Positions 29,550 to 39,571 of a DNA stretch of 64,000 bases are shown one piece after another (within the stretch, counting starts at the first letter, position 1; each line of letters starts with the position of its first letter). Origin of the DNA: an uncultured delta proteobacterium (GTDB lineage: Bacteria; Myxococcota_A; UBA9160; SZUA-336); contig CAVPRM010000002.1 in assembly GCA_963707945.1 (NCBI GenBank), positions 1,212,340-1,276,339 of the forward strand, in the 5' to 3' direction. The position numbers and the translations under genes are program-made. A model generated the notes under the pieces. It saw only the letters and a program-made list of their open reading frames with translations. It was not told the DNA's origin and did not search any database.

Positions 29550-30749
29550 CTAGGCTGGTTCGAGGTCCATGGGGATGCTGGTGAAGCCGCGGAAGACGAA
29601 GCTCTTGTGCAGCGGCAGCGGCTCGGTGTTCGCCAGCTGGAAGGAGCGGGTTCGCTCGAGCAGGACGCGCAGCGCGATCTGCGCTTCGAGCCGCGCGAGG
29701 TTCGAGCCCAGGCAGTAGTGCGTGCCGAAGCCGAACGAGAGGTGGCGGCTCTCCTTGCGGTCGGGGTCGAAGCGATCGGGATCCCTGAACATCGCGTCGT
29801 CGCGGTTCGCCGACGCGAGCCAGCAGATCGCGAACTCGCCCTTGGGCACCACGGTGCCCGCGAGCTCGACGTCGCGGGTCGCCACGCGCGGGTCGAGCTG
29901 CACCGGCGAGCTGAAGCGCAGGACCTCTTCGACCGCGGCCGGCACGAGCGCCGGATCCTTCCGCACGCGCTCGAGCGTCTCGGGCTGCTCGAGCAGGGTC
30001 AGCACGACGTTCCCGATCAGGGTCGTCGTCGTCTCGTTTCCCGCGACGAGCAGCAGGATCAGCATCTGCACGAGCTCGTCGAAGCTGAGCTTCGAGCCCT
30101 CGACCTCGGCCGCGACCAGGCCCGAGAGGAGGTCCTCGCGCGGCGAACGCCGGCGCTCGTCGGCGAGCCTCGCGAAGTACGCGCTGAGCTCTTCCACCAG
30201 CTTCTGGTTGCGCTCGAACGTCTCGCGGTCGGGCGGCGCGAAGATTCCCACACCCAGCGTCTCGACGAGTTTGTCCGACCAGTACTTGAAGCGCTCGCTG
30301 TCCTCGGTCGGCACGCCGATGATCTCGGCGATGATGGTGACCGGCAGCGGATACGTCAGCGCCCGAACCAGGTCGGTCTTCCGCTGCGTCAGCGCCTTGT
30401 CGAGCAGCTGCTGCGCGATCTCGACCATGCGCGGCTCGAGCCGGCGGATGATCTTGGGCGTGAACGCCTGGTTCACCAGACCGCGCAGCCGGTCGTGCGC
30501 GGGCGGATCGAGCCCGATCATGCTCGGCACCCGCTCCGTCATCTCGGGGAAGCCGGGCGGCGGCGGAAACTGGCTCGACCAGGTGCGCCAGTCGCGCAGC
30601 ACCTCGGTCACGTCGTCGTAGTTGAAGATCGAGGTGACCGGCAGGCCAGGATGCCGGAAGGCGCGGAGCTTGCGCCCCTGCGCGTAGAACGGATAGGGGT
30701 TGCGGCGGGTCGCGTCGTCGAACGGATTGAAGGAGAAGTCGGCCGACAT
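29550..30749 (-). CDS. cytochrome P450
   Basis: 399 aa with the I-helix LLLVAGNETT, the ExxR motif EEVLRF, and the heme loop FGFGTHYCLGSNLA. The stop is 5 nt from the next start. Confidence 0.92.
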   Translation of the reverse strand: MSADFSFNPFDDATRRNPYPFYAQGRKLRAFRHPGLPVTSIFNYDDVTEVLRDWRTWSSQFPPPPGFPEMTERVPSMIGLDPPAHDRLRGLVNQAFTPKIIRRLEPRMVEIAQQLLDKALTQRKTDLVRALTYPLPVTIIAEIIGVPTEDSERFKYWSDKLVETLGVGIFAPPDRETFERNQKLVEELSAYFARLADERRRSPREDLLSGLVAAEVEGSKLSFDELVQMLILLLVAGNETTTTLIGNVVLTLLEQPETLERVRKDPALVPAAVEEVLRFSSPVQLDPRVATRDVELAGTVVPKGEFAICWLASANRDDAMFRDPDRFDPDRKESRHLSFGFGTHYCLGSNLARLEAQIALRVLLERTRSFQLANTEPLPLHKSFVFRGFTSIPMDLEPA

Positions 30750-30758
30750 GGCCGCATT

Positions 30759-31970
30759 CTAGCGCGGGTCCGATCGGGACTCGTAGCCGGCTGCGGCGAG
30801 CTTCGCGACGATCTCGCGCAGGTGGTCGGCGCCGCGCGTCTCGAGCACGAACGAGACTTCGGCCTCGGACGAGGGCGCGCGCGCGAACACCTTCTCGTGG
30901 ATCACCTGGACGACGTTGGCGCCGCTCTCCGCGATCGCTGCGGAGATGACCGCGAGCTGACCCGGCACGTCGCGCACGCGCACGAGCAGGCGGGCCAGCC
31001 GCGAGGTGCGCGCGAGCCCGCGCTCGATCACGTGCGAGAGCACCTGCATGTCGATGTTCCCGCCGCTGATCACCACCCCGACGCGCTTTCGCCAGAACGT
31101 GCGCGGGTTGGCGAGCACCGCCGCCAGCGCGGCCGCTCCCGCACCCTCGGCGACGGTCTTCTCGACCTCGAGCAACAGGAGGATCGCCGCCTCGAGCGGG
31201 TCCTCCTCGACGAGCAGGATCTCCTTCACGTGCTTGCGCACGATCGGCAGCGTGAGCTGGCCCGGCGCCTTCACCGCGATCCCGCCCGCGAGGGTCGCGT
31301 CGCCGCAGCGGATCGGCTGGCCCGCGAGCGCCTGCTTCATGGCCGGATAGCGCGCGGACTGGACGCCGAAGACCTCGAGGTCCGGGCGCAGCGCGTGCGC
31401 GGCGATCGCGCAGCCGGAGATCAAGCCGCCGCCGCCGATCGGCGCCACCAGCACCTCGAGGTCGGGCACGGCCTCGAGCATCTCGAGCGCCACCGTGCCC
31501 TGCCCCGCGATCACCTTCGGGTCGTCGTACGGATGTACCCAGACGAGGTTCCGCTCGCGCGCGAGCTGGGCCGCCCGCGCGGCCGCGTCCTCGAGGGTCT
31601 CGCCCTCGATCAGCACCTCGGCGCCGAACGCGCGGGTCTGCTCGACCTTCACGGTGGGCGTGTGGCGGGGCATGACCACGACGGCCCGGACGCCGAGCCG
31701 CTGCGCGTGGTAGGCCACGCCCTGCGCGTGATTGCCGGCCGACATGGCGATCACGCCGGCGGCGCGCTCGGCGCTCGTCAGCGAGAGCAGCTTGAAGAGC
31801 GCCCCGCGCTCCTTGAACGCGGCGGTGAACTGCAGGTTCTCGAACTTCAGGAACAGCTCGCAGCCCGCGATCTCGGACAAGGTGCGCGAGCGCAGGAAGG
31901 GCGTGCGCTCGACGGCGCCGCGAATCGCGTCGGCGGCGGCGCGGACGTCGGCGAGCTCGATCTCACCCAT
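30759..31970 (-). CDS. ilvA: threonine ammonia-lyase (threonine dehydratase) with C-terminal ACT-like domain
   Basis: LKFENLQFTAAFKERGA (PLP Lys), SAGNHAQGVA and GGGGLISG motifs, plus an ACT-like tail RLLVRVRDVPGQLAVISAAI. The ATG lies inside shadow ORF 30759-32909. Confidence 0.88.
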   Translation of the reverse strand: MGEIELADVRAAADAIRGAVERTPFLRSRTLSEIAGCELFLKFENLQFTAAFKERGALFKLLSLTSAERAAGVIAMSAGNHAQGVAYHAQRLGVRAVVVMPRHTPTVKVEQTRAFGAEVLIEGETLEDAAARAAQLARERNLVWVHPYDDPKVIAGQGTVALEMLEAVPDLEVLVAPIGGGGLISGCAIAAHALRPDLEVFGVQSARYPAMKQALAGQPIRCGDATLAGGIAVKAPGQLTLPIVRKHVKEILLVEEDPLEAAILLLLEVEKTVAEGAGAAALAAVLANPRTFWRKRVGVVISGGNIDMQVLSHVIERGLARTSRLARLLVRVRDVPGQLAVISAAIAESGANVVQVIHEKVFARAPSSEAEVSFVLETRGADHLREIVAKLAAAGYESRSDPR

Positions 31971-31997
31971 CGCTCGCGAGTGTATACTGGCCCACCG

Positions 31998-32873
31998 ATG
32001 AAGCTCGCCACGTTCACGCACGCCGGCTCGACGCGGATCGGCGTGGTCCGCGGGGACGAGCTCGTCGACCTGTCCGCCGCGGCGCCCGACCTGCCGCGCG
32101 ACCTGATCTCGTTCCTGGCCCAGGGCCAGCGCGCGCGCCAGCGCGCGGGGGAGGCCGCGGCCGCCAGCAGCGCGCGGCTGCCGCTCGTCGAGGTGAGGCT
32201 CGAGGCGCCGATCCTGCGCCCGCCCAAGTATCTCGCCGTCGGCCTGAACTACGCCGACCACGTCGCCGAGAGCGGCCAGGAACGGCCCAAGTTCCCCACC
32301 ATCTTCAACAAGCAGTCCACCTGCGTGGTGGGGCCCACCGACGTGATCCACCTGCCGAAGGTGTCGACGGCGCTCGACTACGAGGGCGAGCTCGCGTTCG
32401 TGATCGGCAAGCGCTGCCGCCACGTTCCGCGCCGGCGCGCGCCCGAGGTGATCGCCGGCTACTGCGTGGCCAACGACGTGTCCGTGCGCGACTGGCAGCT
32501 GCGGGTCCCGACCTGGACGATGGGCAAGTCGTTCGACACCCACGGCCCGCTCGGTCCGTGGCTCACCACCGCCGACGAGGCGGGCGACCCGCACGGGCTC
32601 CGCGTCCGCACCTGGGTGAACGGCGAGCTGCGCCAGAACTCGAACACCAAGGAGCTGATCTTCGACTGCTACGCGCTGGTCGAGCACCTGTCGACCGCGT
32701 TCACGCTCGAAGTCGGCGACGTGATCGCGACGGGCACCCCCGGAGGCGTGGGCGTCGCGATGAAGCCGCCGCGCATGCTCCAGGCGGGCGACGTGGTGCG
32801 GATCGAGATCGACAACCTGGGCCAGCTCCAGAACGAGGTGGTCCACGAGCCCGAGGAGACGGCGCGCTTCTGA
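31998..32873 (+). CDS. fumarylacetoacetate hydrolase (FAH) family protein
   Basis: Last 291 codons of ORF 29031-32873. GLNYADH, DYEGELAFVIGK, MGKSFD and GTPGGVG are typical FAH-family motifs. Confidence 0.88.
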   Translation: MKLATFTHAGSTRIGVVRGDELVDLSAAAPDLPRDLISFLAQGQRARQRAGEAAAASSARLPLVEVRLEAPILRPPKYLAVGLNYADHVAESGQERPKFPTIFNKQSTCVVGPTDVIHLPKVSTALDYEGELAFVIGKRCRHVPRRRAPEVIAGYCVANDVSVRDWQLRVPTWTMGKSFDTHGPLGPWLTTADEAGDPHGLRVRTWVNGELRQNSNTKELIFDCYALVEHLSTAFTLEVGDVIATGTPGGVGVAMKPPRMLQAGDVVRIEIDNLGQLQNEVVHEPEETARF

Positions 32874-32889
32874 GCGCGGGAGACGAACC

Positions 32890-33732
32890 ATGAAGTACGG
32901 CCTCGCCATCTTCCCGACGGACTACTCGATCACTCCGGTGCAGCTCGCGCGCGAGGCCGAGGCGCGCGGCTTCGAGTCACTCTGGTTCCCCGAGCACTCG
33001 CACATCCCCGCCTCGCGGCGCACGCCCTTCCCCGCGGGCGGCGACCTGCCCAAGCAGTACTACGACGTGTTCGAGCCCTTCATCGCGCTGGCTGCCGCGG
33101 CCGCAGTGACGACCCGGCTCCGGCTCGCCACCGGCGTCTGCCTGGTCGTGCAGCGCGACCCGATCCAGACCGCGAAGGACGTCGCCACGCTCGACCGCGT
33201 CTCGGACGGCCGCTTCCTGTTCGGCATCGGCGCCGGCTGGAACGCCGAGGAGATGGAGGACCACGGCACCGTCTACCGCACGCGGCTGTCGCTGATGCGC
33301 GAGCGGGTCCTGGCCATGAAGGCGATCTGGACCCAGTCGAAGGCGGAGTACCACGGGAAGTTCGTGAACTTCGACCCGATCATGACCTGGCCCAAGCCGG
33401 TCCAGAAGCCACACCCGCCGGTGTTGGTCGGCGGCGGCTGGCCGGGCGGCGCGCGCCGCGCGATCGAGTACGGCGACGGCTGGATGCCGATCCACATCCC
33501 CCGACACCTCTTGAAGCGGATCCCGGAGTTCTGGCACGAGGCCGAGGCCGCGGGCCGCAAGCGCGAGTCGCTCGAGCTCTCGATCTTCGGCGCGCTGCCG
33601 GACGAGAAGGAGCTGGAAGGCCTGCGCGCCGCTGGGGCCGTCCGAGCCGTGTTCATGCTGCCCGCCGAGCCGGCGGACAAGATCCTGCCGCGGCTCGACT
33701 CGCTGTCGGAGATCGCGCGCCGACTGGGCTAA
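32890..33732 (+). CDS. LLM-class oxidoreductase (resembles the F420-dependent Rv2161c-type subgroup)
   Basis: MKYGLAIFPTDYSITPVQLAREAEARGFESLWFPEHSHIP ... GIGAGWNAEEME. The cofactor assignment is from family resemblance only. Confidence 0.8.
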   Translation: MKYGLAIFPTDYSITPVQLAREAEARGFESLWFPEHSHIPASRRTPFPAGGDLPKQYYDVFEPFIALAAAAAVTTRLRLATGVCLVVQRDPIQTAKDVATLDRVSDGRFLFGIGAGWNAEEMEDHGTVYRTRLSLMRERVLAMKAIWTQSKAEYHGKFVNFDPIMTWPKPVQKPHPPVLVGGGWPGGARRAIEYGDGWMPIHIPRHLLKRIPEFWHEAEAAGRKRESLELSIFGALPDEKELEGLRAAGAVRAVFMLPAEPADKILPRLDSLSEIARRLG

Positions 33733-33735
33733 CCC

Positions 33736-34215
33736 TCAGAGGGCGTCCAAGAGGTTGTCCCGGGTGCGCTGGTACTCGTCGTCCGAGAGGACACCGCGCC
33801 GGCGCAGGCGGGTCGCGCGGGCGAGGCTCTGCGAGACGTCGCCGAAGGCCCGCGCATCGGGGTCGAGCCTCGCGGGTCCGAGCCGGTCGCGAAGCGACTG
33901 CCCGAGCGCCCAGGTCGTCGCGCCCGAGAGCGCGCACTGCGCGGCCGCACCGCCCACCGTGCCGATCCCGGGGAGGATCTTGAGGGCGCTCGCGACGACG
34001 CGCGGAAGGAGCGCGCCGAACAGGCCGACGGCGACCGCGCCCGCGGCGTCCACGTCCACCCGACCGCCGTACAGGCGGGCGAGCTTTCGCACCATCGCTA
34101 GCTGCACCGCCGTCACGGCCACCAGGTCGACCAAGGGGATCGGGATGGCCGCGGCCGCGGCGGCACTCGCGATGTGCCGGGAGATCAGCTCGTCGGCGCG
34201 TTGCTCGGCGTTCAT
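33736..34215 (-). CDS. DUF697-like membrane-associated protein with C-terminal SHOCT domain
   Basis: ATG 34215 follows GAGAGGAG. AIPIPLVDLVAVTAVQLAMVRKLARLYG ... KILPGIGTVGG is DUF697-like, and the C-terminal GVLSDDEYQRTRDNLL is SHOCT-like. Confidence 0.65.
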   Translation of the reverse strand: MNAEQRADELISRHIASAAAAAAIPIPLVDLVAVTAVQLAMVRKLARLYGGRVDVDAAGAVAVGLFGALLPRVVASALKILPGIGTVGGAAAQCALSGATTWALGQSLRDRLGPARLDPDARAFGDVSQSLARATRLRRRGVLSDDEYQRTRDNLLDAL

Positions 34216-34365
34216 GGGGAACTCCTCTCGATGGATCAGCCCTCCCTTCAGCAACCGACGTGCCAGCCTTCGCGCGGCCCCAGGGGTCTCGCGGGTGCCC
34301 GGGCTGCAGCGGCTGGGCGACACCGCAGCCCCCCGGCGGCGGCCCGTCGAGTACCCTCTCGACCG

Positions 34366-34794
34366 ATGAGCGACCCCGCACCTCCCGGCCTCGAGTTCGT
34401 CGCTGCCGTCGCGATCCCCGTCCTCGAGAAGCCGGTCGGGTCGGGCCAGAGCGCCAGGGGGAACCGCCAGCTGATCGCCTTTCCCGGCGGCACGGTGAGC
34501 GGGCCCGGGCTCTCGGGTCGCGTCCTGCCCGGCGGCGCCGACGTCCAGCTGATCCGCCGCGATGGAGTCGCCGAGATCGACGCCAGGTACGTGATCGAGA
34601 CCGAGCGCGGCGCGCGCGTGTTCGTGCGCAACGCGGGCATCGCCCGTGCGAGCGCCGGCGGGATCTACTTCCGCACGTCGCCCACCTTCGAGACCGAGGC
34701 CCCGGATCTGCAGTGGCTGATGCAGCACGTCTTCGTCGGAACCGGCGCGGTGGCAGGCGGCGGCGTCGAGCTGCGCTGGTACCGGGTGACCTAG
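34366..34794 (+). CDS. DUF3237 (UPF0311) family protein
   Basis: GNRQLIAFPGGTVSGPGLSGRVLPGGADVQLIRRDGVAEIDARYVIETERGARVFVRNAG ... YFRTSPTFET matches the DUF3237 pattern. Confidence 0.75.
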   Translation: MSDPAPPGLEFVAAVAIPVLEKPVGSGQSARGNRQLIAFPGGTVSGPGLSGRVLPGGADVQLIRRDGVAEIDARYVIETERGARVFVRNAGIARASAGGIYFRTSPTFETEAPDLQWLMQHVFVGTGAVAGGGVELRWYRVT

Positions 34795-35713
34795 CGCCCG
34801 ATCGAATCGCCTTTGATCAGAAACCTGCCGTCGATCCGCAGCGGGACTGCTTCCCCTCGTGCGTCGGCGTGCCGGCCACGCACCGCGTGGATGTGGAGAT
34901 GGGGCTCCATCGTCGACCCCGAGTTCCCGACGTTTCCCATGAGTGCTCCCGTCGCGACCCGATCTCCGACCGCGACCGGGATCGAGCCGCCCTCGAGGTG
35001 GGCGAGGACCACGCTGTCCCGCCGCAGAAGATCACCACGTGGTTCCCCAACGGGTTCTGCAGGTCGGGATCCATGAGCGGCCGATCTGGGAGGCCGTCCT
35101 CGACGAACACGACTTCCCCGTCGCAGGGGGCGACGACCCGGGTGCCGAACACGGTGTAGTCGTTCAGATCGTCGGGCGAGAGCCCGGCTGCCCGGACGCC
35201 CAACCCGTTCAGCTCGATGAGGTCGAGCGCATAGCGTTGGTCTCGGATGAACGCGTGATGGTTGACCGACGCGTTGGCGCCGCCACCCATGACGTAGTAG
35301 GTGCCGCCGCGCAGCGGCGAGGACAGCTCCAACGGCTCTCCTTCATAGGCGCGCGCCAGCCACAGCAGTGGAAGCAGCGAGCACCAGAAGGCGGCGTGAA
35401 CGAGGTTCGCGGCCGTGAGGAAGAACTCCTTGCTCCAGCGGCGCGGGAGCCACGCCCGCGGCAGGCCGCGCCGTACCCGGAAGAAAACGATCGCCGCGAA
35501 GGCAGCTGCGAAGATCGCAGGCCAGAAACCGCCGACCGCGTACCACGCACCTAGACTCGAGAACGTCAGCACCACCTGTACGACCGCGATCAGGGCGATC
35601 AGGCTGAGGAGATGCACGCGGCTCGCCGCGCGACTCCGCCACAGCCAGAGCAACAGGGCGCTCGGCAGCACGAGGCAGAGCGAGACCACAACGCCATACA
35701 CCAGGAAGCGCAT
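34791..35713 (-). pseudogene. membrane-anchored M23 family metallopeptidase, frameshift near 35029
   Basis: N-terminal TM helices (MRFLVYGVVVSLCLV...), then ...NPLGNHVVI in one frame and LRRDSVVLAHLEGGS...GNSGSTMEPHLHIH (HxH) in the next (ORFs 34817-35731 and 34791-35012). Confidence 0.75.
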
Positions 35714-35730
35714 TGCGGGAGTTTCGAGCA

Positions 35731-37071
35731 ATGTCCGTGCCCGCCGCCACCGCCGCAGCCGGCGCGACGCAGAGGGGGGAACTGCAGCTGTTAGACTGCC
35801 GCCGCATGACCAACGCTCCGCGCGCCGTCGTCGCGAACTCGGGCGGCGAGATCACCGACGTCGCCGGGCTGCGTGCGGCTGCGCGCGCCGGGAACGACGT
35901 GTTCCCGCTCGACCCGGCCGACCTGGTGCCGCTGCCCGACGCGAGCCGGCTCCTGTTCCTGCCCGGCCGCACGCCGCTCGCCTACGAGAGAAGCGGCGCG
36001 GCCGAACCCGAGCCGCTCGACGGCGCGCTCGCGGTGGCGGCCTTCCTGCCGCCGGGCTGGACCGGTCTCTCGCTCTCCGCCTTCCGGCGCGAGGCGAACG
36101 CGCCGCTCCTCCCGCTCTACGCCTACACCGCGGTGTGCTGGCACCGCGGGCGCTTCTGCGTCGCAGCGCGCCGGGTCGACGACGACTCGAAGCACGACCC
36201 CGAGTCGTTCTCGCTGGCCGAGATCCAGGCGAGGGTGGCCGAGCTGCGCGCGCGCCTGCCGAACAACCGTCTGATCGCCCACCACGGCGAGCGCTGCGCG
36301 CTGGAGTGGGGCTGCCCGAACGCGCAGAACCTGTTCCTGGGCCGCTTCGAGGCGCCGATCGCGCTCGCGCGCTCGTGCAATGCGGCCTGCCTGGCCTGCA
36401 TCTCCGAGCAGCCGCCCGATGCGGTGCCCTCGGCGCAGGAGCGGCTCGCCTTCAAGCCCTCGCTCGACGAGATCCTCGAGCTCGCAGTACCGCACCTCGA
36501 GCGCGCGCCGCGCGCGATGATCAGCTTCGGCCAGGGCTGCGAGGGCGAGCCGCTGCTCGAGGCGGAGCGCATCGCCGAGGCGATCCGCGCGATCCGCAAG
36601 CGGACCTCGCGCGGGTCGCTCCATCTGAACACGAACGGCAGCCGCCCGGACGCGCTGCGCGCCCTCGCCGCAGCCGGGCTCGACAGCGTTCGCGTCTCGC
36701 TGAACAGCGCGCGCGAAGAGACTTACACCCCGTACTACCGGCCGCGAACGTATCGGTTTCGCGAGGTGGTCGAGAGTCTCTCCGCCGCGCGCGAGCTGGG
36801 TCTCTACACGTCCGTGAATCTCCTCTCATTCCCCGGGGTCACAGACTGCACGGACGAGGCGGACGCACTGATTGGACTCGCGCGAAGTACGGGCCTGCGC
36901 ATGATCCAGTGGCGCAACCTCAACGTGGACCCGGACTGGTACATGGGTCTGTTCGCGAACCTGCCCCGCGCGCCGCGCCTGGGCATGGGCGCGCTGCTCG
37001 AGCGCGTTCACGCCGAGCTCCCCGAGCTGCGCTTCGGCTACTTCAACCCGCCCGCCGAGGACTGGAGATAG
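35731..37071 (+). CDS. radical SAM protein with unassigned ~200-aa N-terminal domain
   Basis: CxxxCxxC cluster motif (SCNAACLAC), a GGE-like FGQGCEGEPLL, and LNTNGSRPD, SLNSAREETY. The start is ATG 35731 (alternative 35806). The stop lies 1 nt before the next start. Confidence 0.8.
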   Translation: MSVPAATAAAGATQRGELQLLDCRRMTNAPRAVVANSGGEITDVAGLRAAARAGNDVFPLDPADLVPLPDASRLLFLPGRTPLAYERSGAAEPEPLDGALAVAAFLPPGWTGLSLSAFRREANAPLLPLYAYTAVCWHRGRFCVAARRVDDDSKHDPESFSLAEIQARVAELRARLPNNRLIAHHGERCALEWGCPNAQNLFLGRFEAPIALARSCNAACLACISEQPPDAVPSAQERLAFKPSLDEILELAVPHLERAPRAMISFGQGCEGEPLLEAERIAEAIRAIRKRTSRGSLHLNTNGSRPDALRALAAAGLDSVRVSLNSAREETYTPYYRPRTYRFREVVESLSAARELGLYTSVNLLSFPGVTDCTDEADALIGLARSTGLRMIQWRNLNVDPDWYMGLFANLPRAPRLGMGALLERVHAELPELRFGYFNPPAEDWR

Positions 37072-37072
37072 C

Positions 37073-38509
37073 ATGCGCGCCGCGCGCCTCGTGACGCTCG
37101 TCTGTGTCGCCCTGCTCGCAACCGCCGCGCGCGCCCAGGAGGCGGCCACCGCGCACGTGCGCTCGAACCCCGAGGAGCGCAGCGAGGTCGGGCTCACGAT
37201 CTACTCGGGCGGCTTCGGCCTGGTGCGCGAGACGCGCACCCTGGCCCTCGCCAAGGGCCGGACCGAGCTCGAGTTCGCGGGAGTGGCCGAGACGATCCAG
37301 CCCGAGACGGTGCTGATCGATCCGCTCGGCGGCGCGAACCTCCGCGTGCTGGAGCAGAACTACCGCTACGACCTGCTCTCGCCCGAGAAGCTGCTCGAGA
37401 AGTACATCGGGAAGTCGGTGAAGGTGCTGCGCTGGAGCGAGTCGAAGGGCCGCGACGAGGAGCGCGACGCGGTCGTGCTCTCGGCCGGCCCGACGCCGAT
37501 CCTGCGCGTGGGCGACGAGATCACCTGGGCGTTCCCTGGCCGCATCTCGTTCCCCGAGCTGCCCAAGAACCTGATCGCGAAGCCGAGCCTGGTCTGGCTG
37601 GTCGAGGCCGGCGCCGAGAAGCCGAAGGTCGAGGTCGAGTATCTCGCCAACCAGCTGGGCTGGAAGGCCGACTACGTGCTGGCCGTCGACGACAAGGACC
37701 AGAGCGGCGATCTCACCGGCTGGGTGACCCTCGACAACAGGAGCGGGTCGGCATACGCGAACGCGAAGCTGCAGCTCGTGGCCGGCGACGTGCACCGGGT
37801 GACCCCGCAGCAGTTCGTCGACGACCTGCGCATGTCGCGCAAGGTGACGATCGCGGAGGCCGCCGCGCCCCAGTTCCGCGAGGAGGGGCTGTTCGAGTAC
37901 CACCTGTACACGCTCGAGCGCCCGACGACCCTGCTCGAGAACGAGACGAAGCAGATCGCGCTGCTCGAGGCGAGCGGCGTGCCGCTGAAGAAGCGGCTCG
38001 TCTACCGCGGCGAGCGCCAGTGGTTCCGCTACGCGCTCGGCGGCGAGCCCATCACGCAGAACAAGGTCGCCGTCAGCCTCGAGTTCGAGAACAAGGCGGG
38101 CGCGAAGCTGGGCATGCCGCTGCCGAAGGGGATCGTGCGCGTCTACAAGCGCGACTCGTCGGGCGGCCGCCAGTTCCTGGGCGAGGACCAGATCGACCAC
38201 ACGCCGCGCGACGAGAAGGTGCGCATCCGCGTCGGCGACGCCTTCGACGTGGTCGGCGAGCGGAAGCAGATGGACTACAAGGTGATCAACTCCTGCCGCA
38301 GCGAGAGCGCCTGGCAGATCGACCTGCGCAACCACAAGGACAGCGCGGTCGAGGTGGACGTGATCGAGCCCGCGAGCGGCGACTGGGAGATCGTCTCGTC
38401 GAGCCTGAAGGCCGTGAAGGAAGACGCGAACACCTTCAGCTTCCACGTGCCGGTGCCGGCGGGCGGGAGCACCCGGGTCGAATACCGGGTGCGCGTGCGC
38501 TGGTGCTAG
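37073..38509 (+). CDS. DUF4139 (MuiA-like) secreted protein
   Basis: Signal peptide MRAARLVTLVCVALLATAARAQE, plus YRYDLLSPEKLLEKYIGK, GWKADYVL, GWVTLDNRSGSAYANAKLQLVAGDV, the typical DUF4139 pattern. Confidence 0.8.
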   Translation: MRAARLVTLVCVALLATAARAQEAATAHVRSNPEERSEVGLTIYSGGFGLVRETRTLALAKGRTELEFAGVAETIQPETVLIDPLGGANLRVLEQNYRYDLLSPEKLLEKYIGKSVKVLRWSESKGRDEERDAVVLSAGPTPILRVGDEITWAFPGRISFPELPKNLIAKPSLVWLVEAGAEKPKVEVEYLANQLGWKADYVLAVDDKDQSGDLTGWVTLDNRSGSAYANAKLQLVAGDVHRVTPQQFVDDLRMSRKVTIAEAAAPQFREEGLFEYHLYTLERPTTLLENETKQIALLEASGVPLKKRLVYRGERQWFRYALGGEPITQNKVAVSLEFENKAGAKLGMPLPKGIVRVYKRDSSGGRQFLGEDQIDHTPRDEKVRIRVGDAFDVVGERKQMDYKVINSCRSESAWQIDLRNHKDSAVEVDVIEPASGDWEIVSSSLKAVKEDANTFSFHVPVPAGGSTRVEYRVRVRWC

Positions 38510-39567
38510 AGCTCCCGCGCACGCGCGCGGTCCTCGAGCGAGGGATCGCCGAGGGCCTGCACGCGGGCGCGCAGCTCTGTGCACTGCGCGGCGGCGAGCC
38601 CGCCGAGCTGGCGCTGGGCCTGGCCACGGACTCGATCGTGCTCTGGTTCTCGTCGACGAAGCCGCTGATGAGCGCGGCGATCGGCCAGCTCTTCGAGCGC
38701 GGCCTGGTCGACTTCGACGATCCGGTCGCGCGCCACGTGCCCGAGTTCGCCGCCAACGGCAAGGCCGGGATCACGCTGCGCCACCTGCTTACCCACACCG
38801 CGGGAATCCCCAACGCGCACCGCGACTGGTCGCGCGAGAGCTGGGACGAGATCGTGGCGAAGATCTGCGCGGCAGCGCCCGAGCCGGGCTGGCGGATCGG
38901 CGTCGACTGCGGCTACCACGTCGCGTCGGCGTGGTACGTGCTCGGAGAGGTCGTGCGCCGGCGCGACGGGCGTACCTACGACCGCTACGTCCGCGAGGCG
39001 ATCCTCGCGCCGCTCGGGATCGCCGACTTCTGGGTCGGCATGAGCGCGGCGGATCACGGCGCGAACACGGCGCGGATCGCGCCGTTGCTCGACATCACGA
39101 GCGGCAGGCCCCAGCCGTCCGCGTACTGGGCGTGGACCGGCTCCGCCGAGTCCGTGGCGATCTGCCGACCCGGCGGCAGCGGCTGGGGAACGGCGCGTGC
39201 GCTCGCCGGATACTATGCGGCGCTCCTCCGCGGCGGCGCGCCGATCCTGCAGGCCGACACCGTGCGGCGTCTCACCGAGCCGGCGCTGCGCGGCGCGCGT
39301 GACCGGAACTTTGGGGTCGTGCTCGACCGCGGGCTCGGCGTCGTGCTGAACTCGGCCGCGTACGGCCCAGGCTCGGCGTGGTACGGCAATCGCGCTTCCC
39401 CTCGAGCCTTCGGCCACTCCGGCTACTTCTCGTCGGTCGCGTTCGCCGATCCCGTGCACGACCTCGCGGTGGCGCTCGCCTGGGGCTGCGTCGTCCCACC
39501 GCAAAAGCACGACCCGCGCGCGCACGCGGCGCTCGACGCGCTGTACGAGGACCTCGGGCTAGAATGA
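38503..39567 (+). CDS. serine hydrolase (beta-lactamase/transpeptidase-like fold)
   Basis: GTG 38503 overlaps the upstream stop by 7 nt. SxxK motif (WFSSTKPLM), LLTHTAGI, and a late HSGY motif. No signal peptide. Confidence 0.75.
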   Translation: MLELPRTRAVLERGIAEGLHAGAQLCALRGGEPAELALGLATDSIVLWFSSTKPLMSAAIGQLFERGLVDFDDPVARHVPEFAANGKAGITLRHLLTHTAGIPNAHRDWSRESWDEIVAKICAAAPEPGWRIGVDCGYHVASAWYVLGEVVRRRDGRTYDRYVREAILAPLGIADFWVGMSAADHGANTARIAPLLDITSGRPQPSAYWAWTGSAESVAICRPGGSGWGTARALAGYYAALLRGGAPILQADTVRRLTEPALRGARDRNFGVVLDRGLGVVLNSAAYGPGSAWYGNRASPRAFGHSGYFSSVAFADPVHDLAVALAWGCVVPPQKHDPRAHAALDALYEDLGLE

Positions 39568-39571
39568 GCCC

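Noticed and set aside
29031-32873. 1280-aa plus-strand ORF
   Set aside because: Only the last 291 codons (31998-32873, FAH family) look like protein. The upstream 990 codons are the antisense of the DUF692-like, P450 and threonine dehydratase genes.
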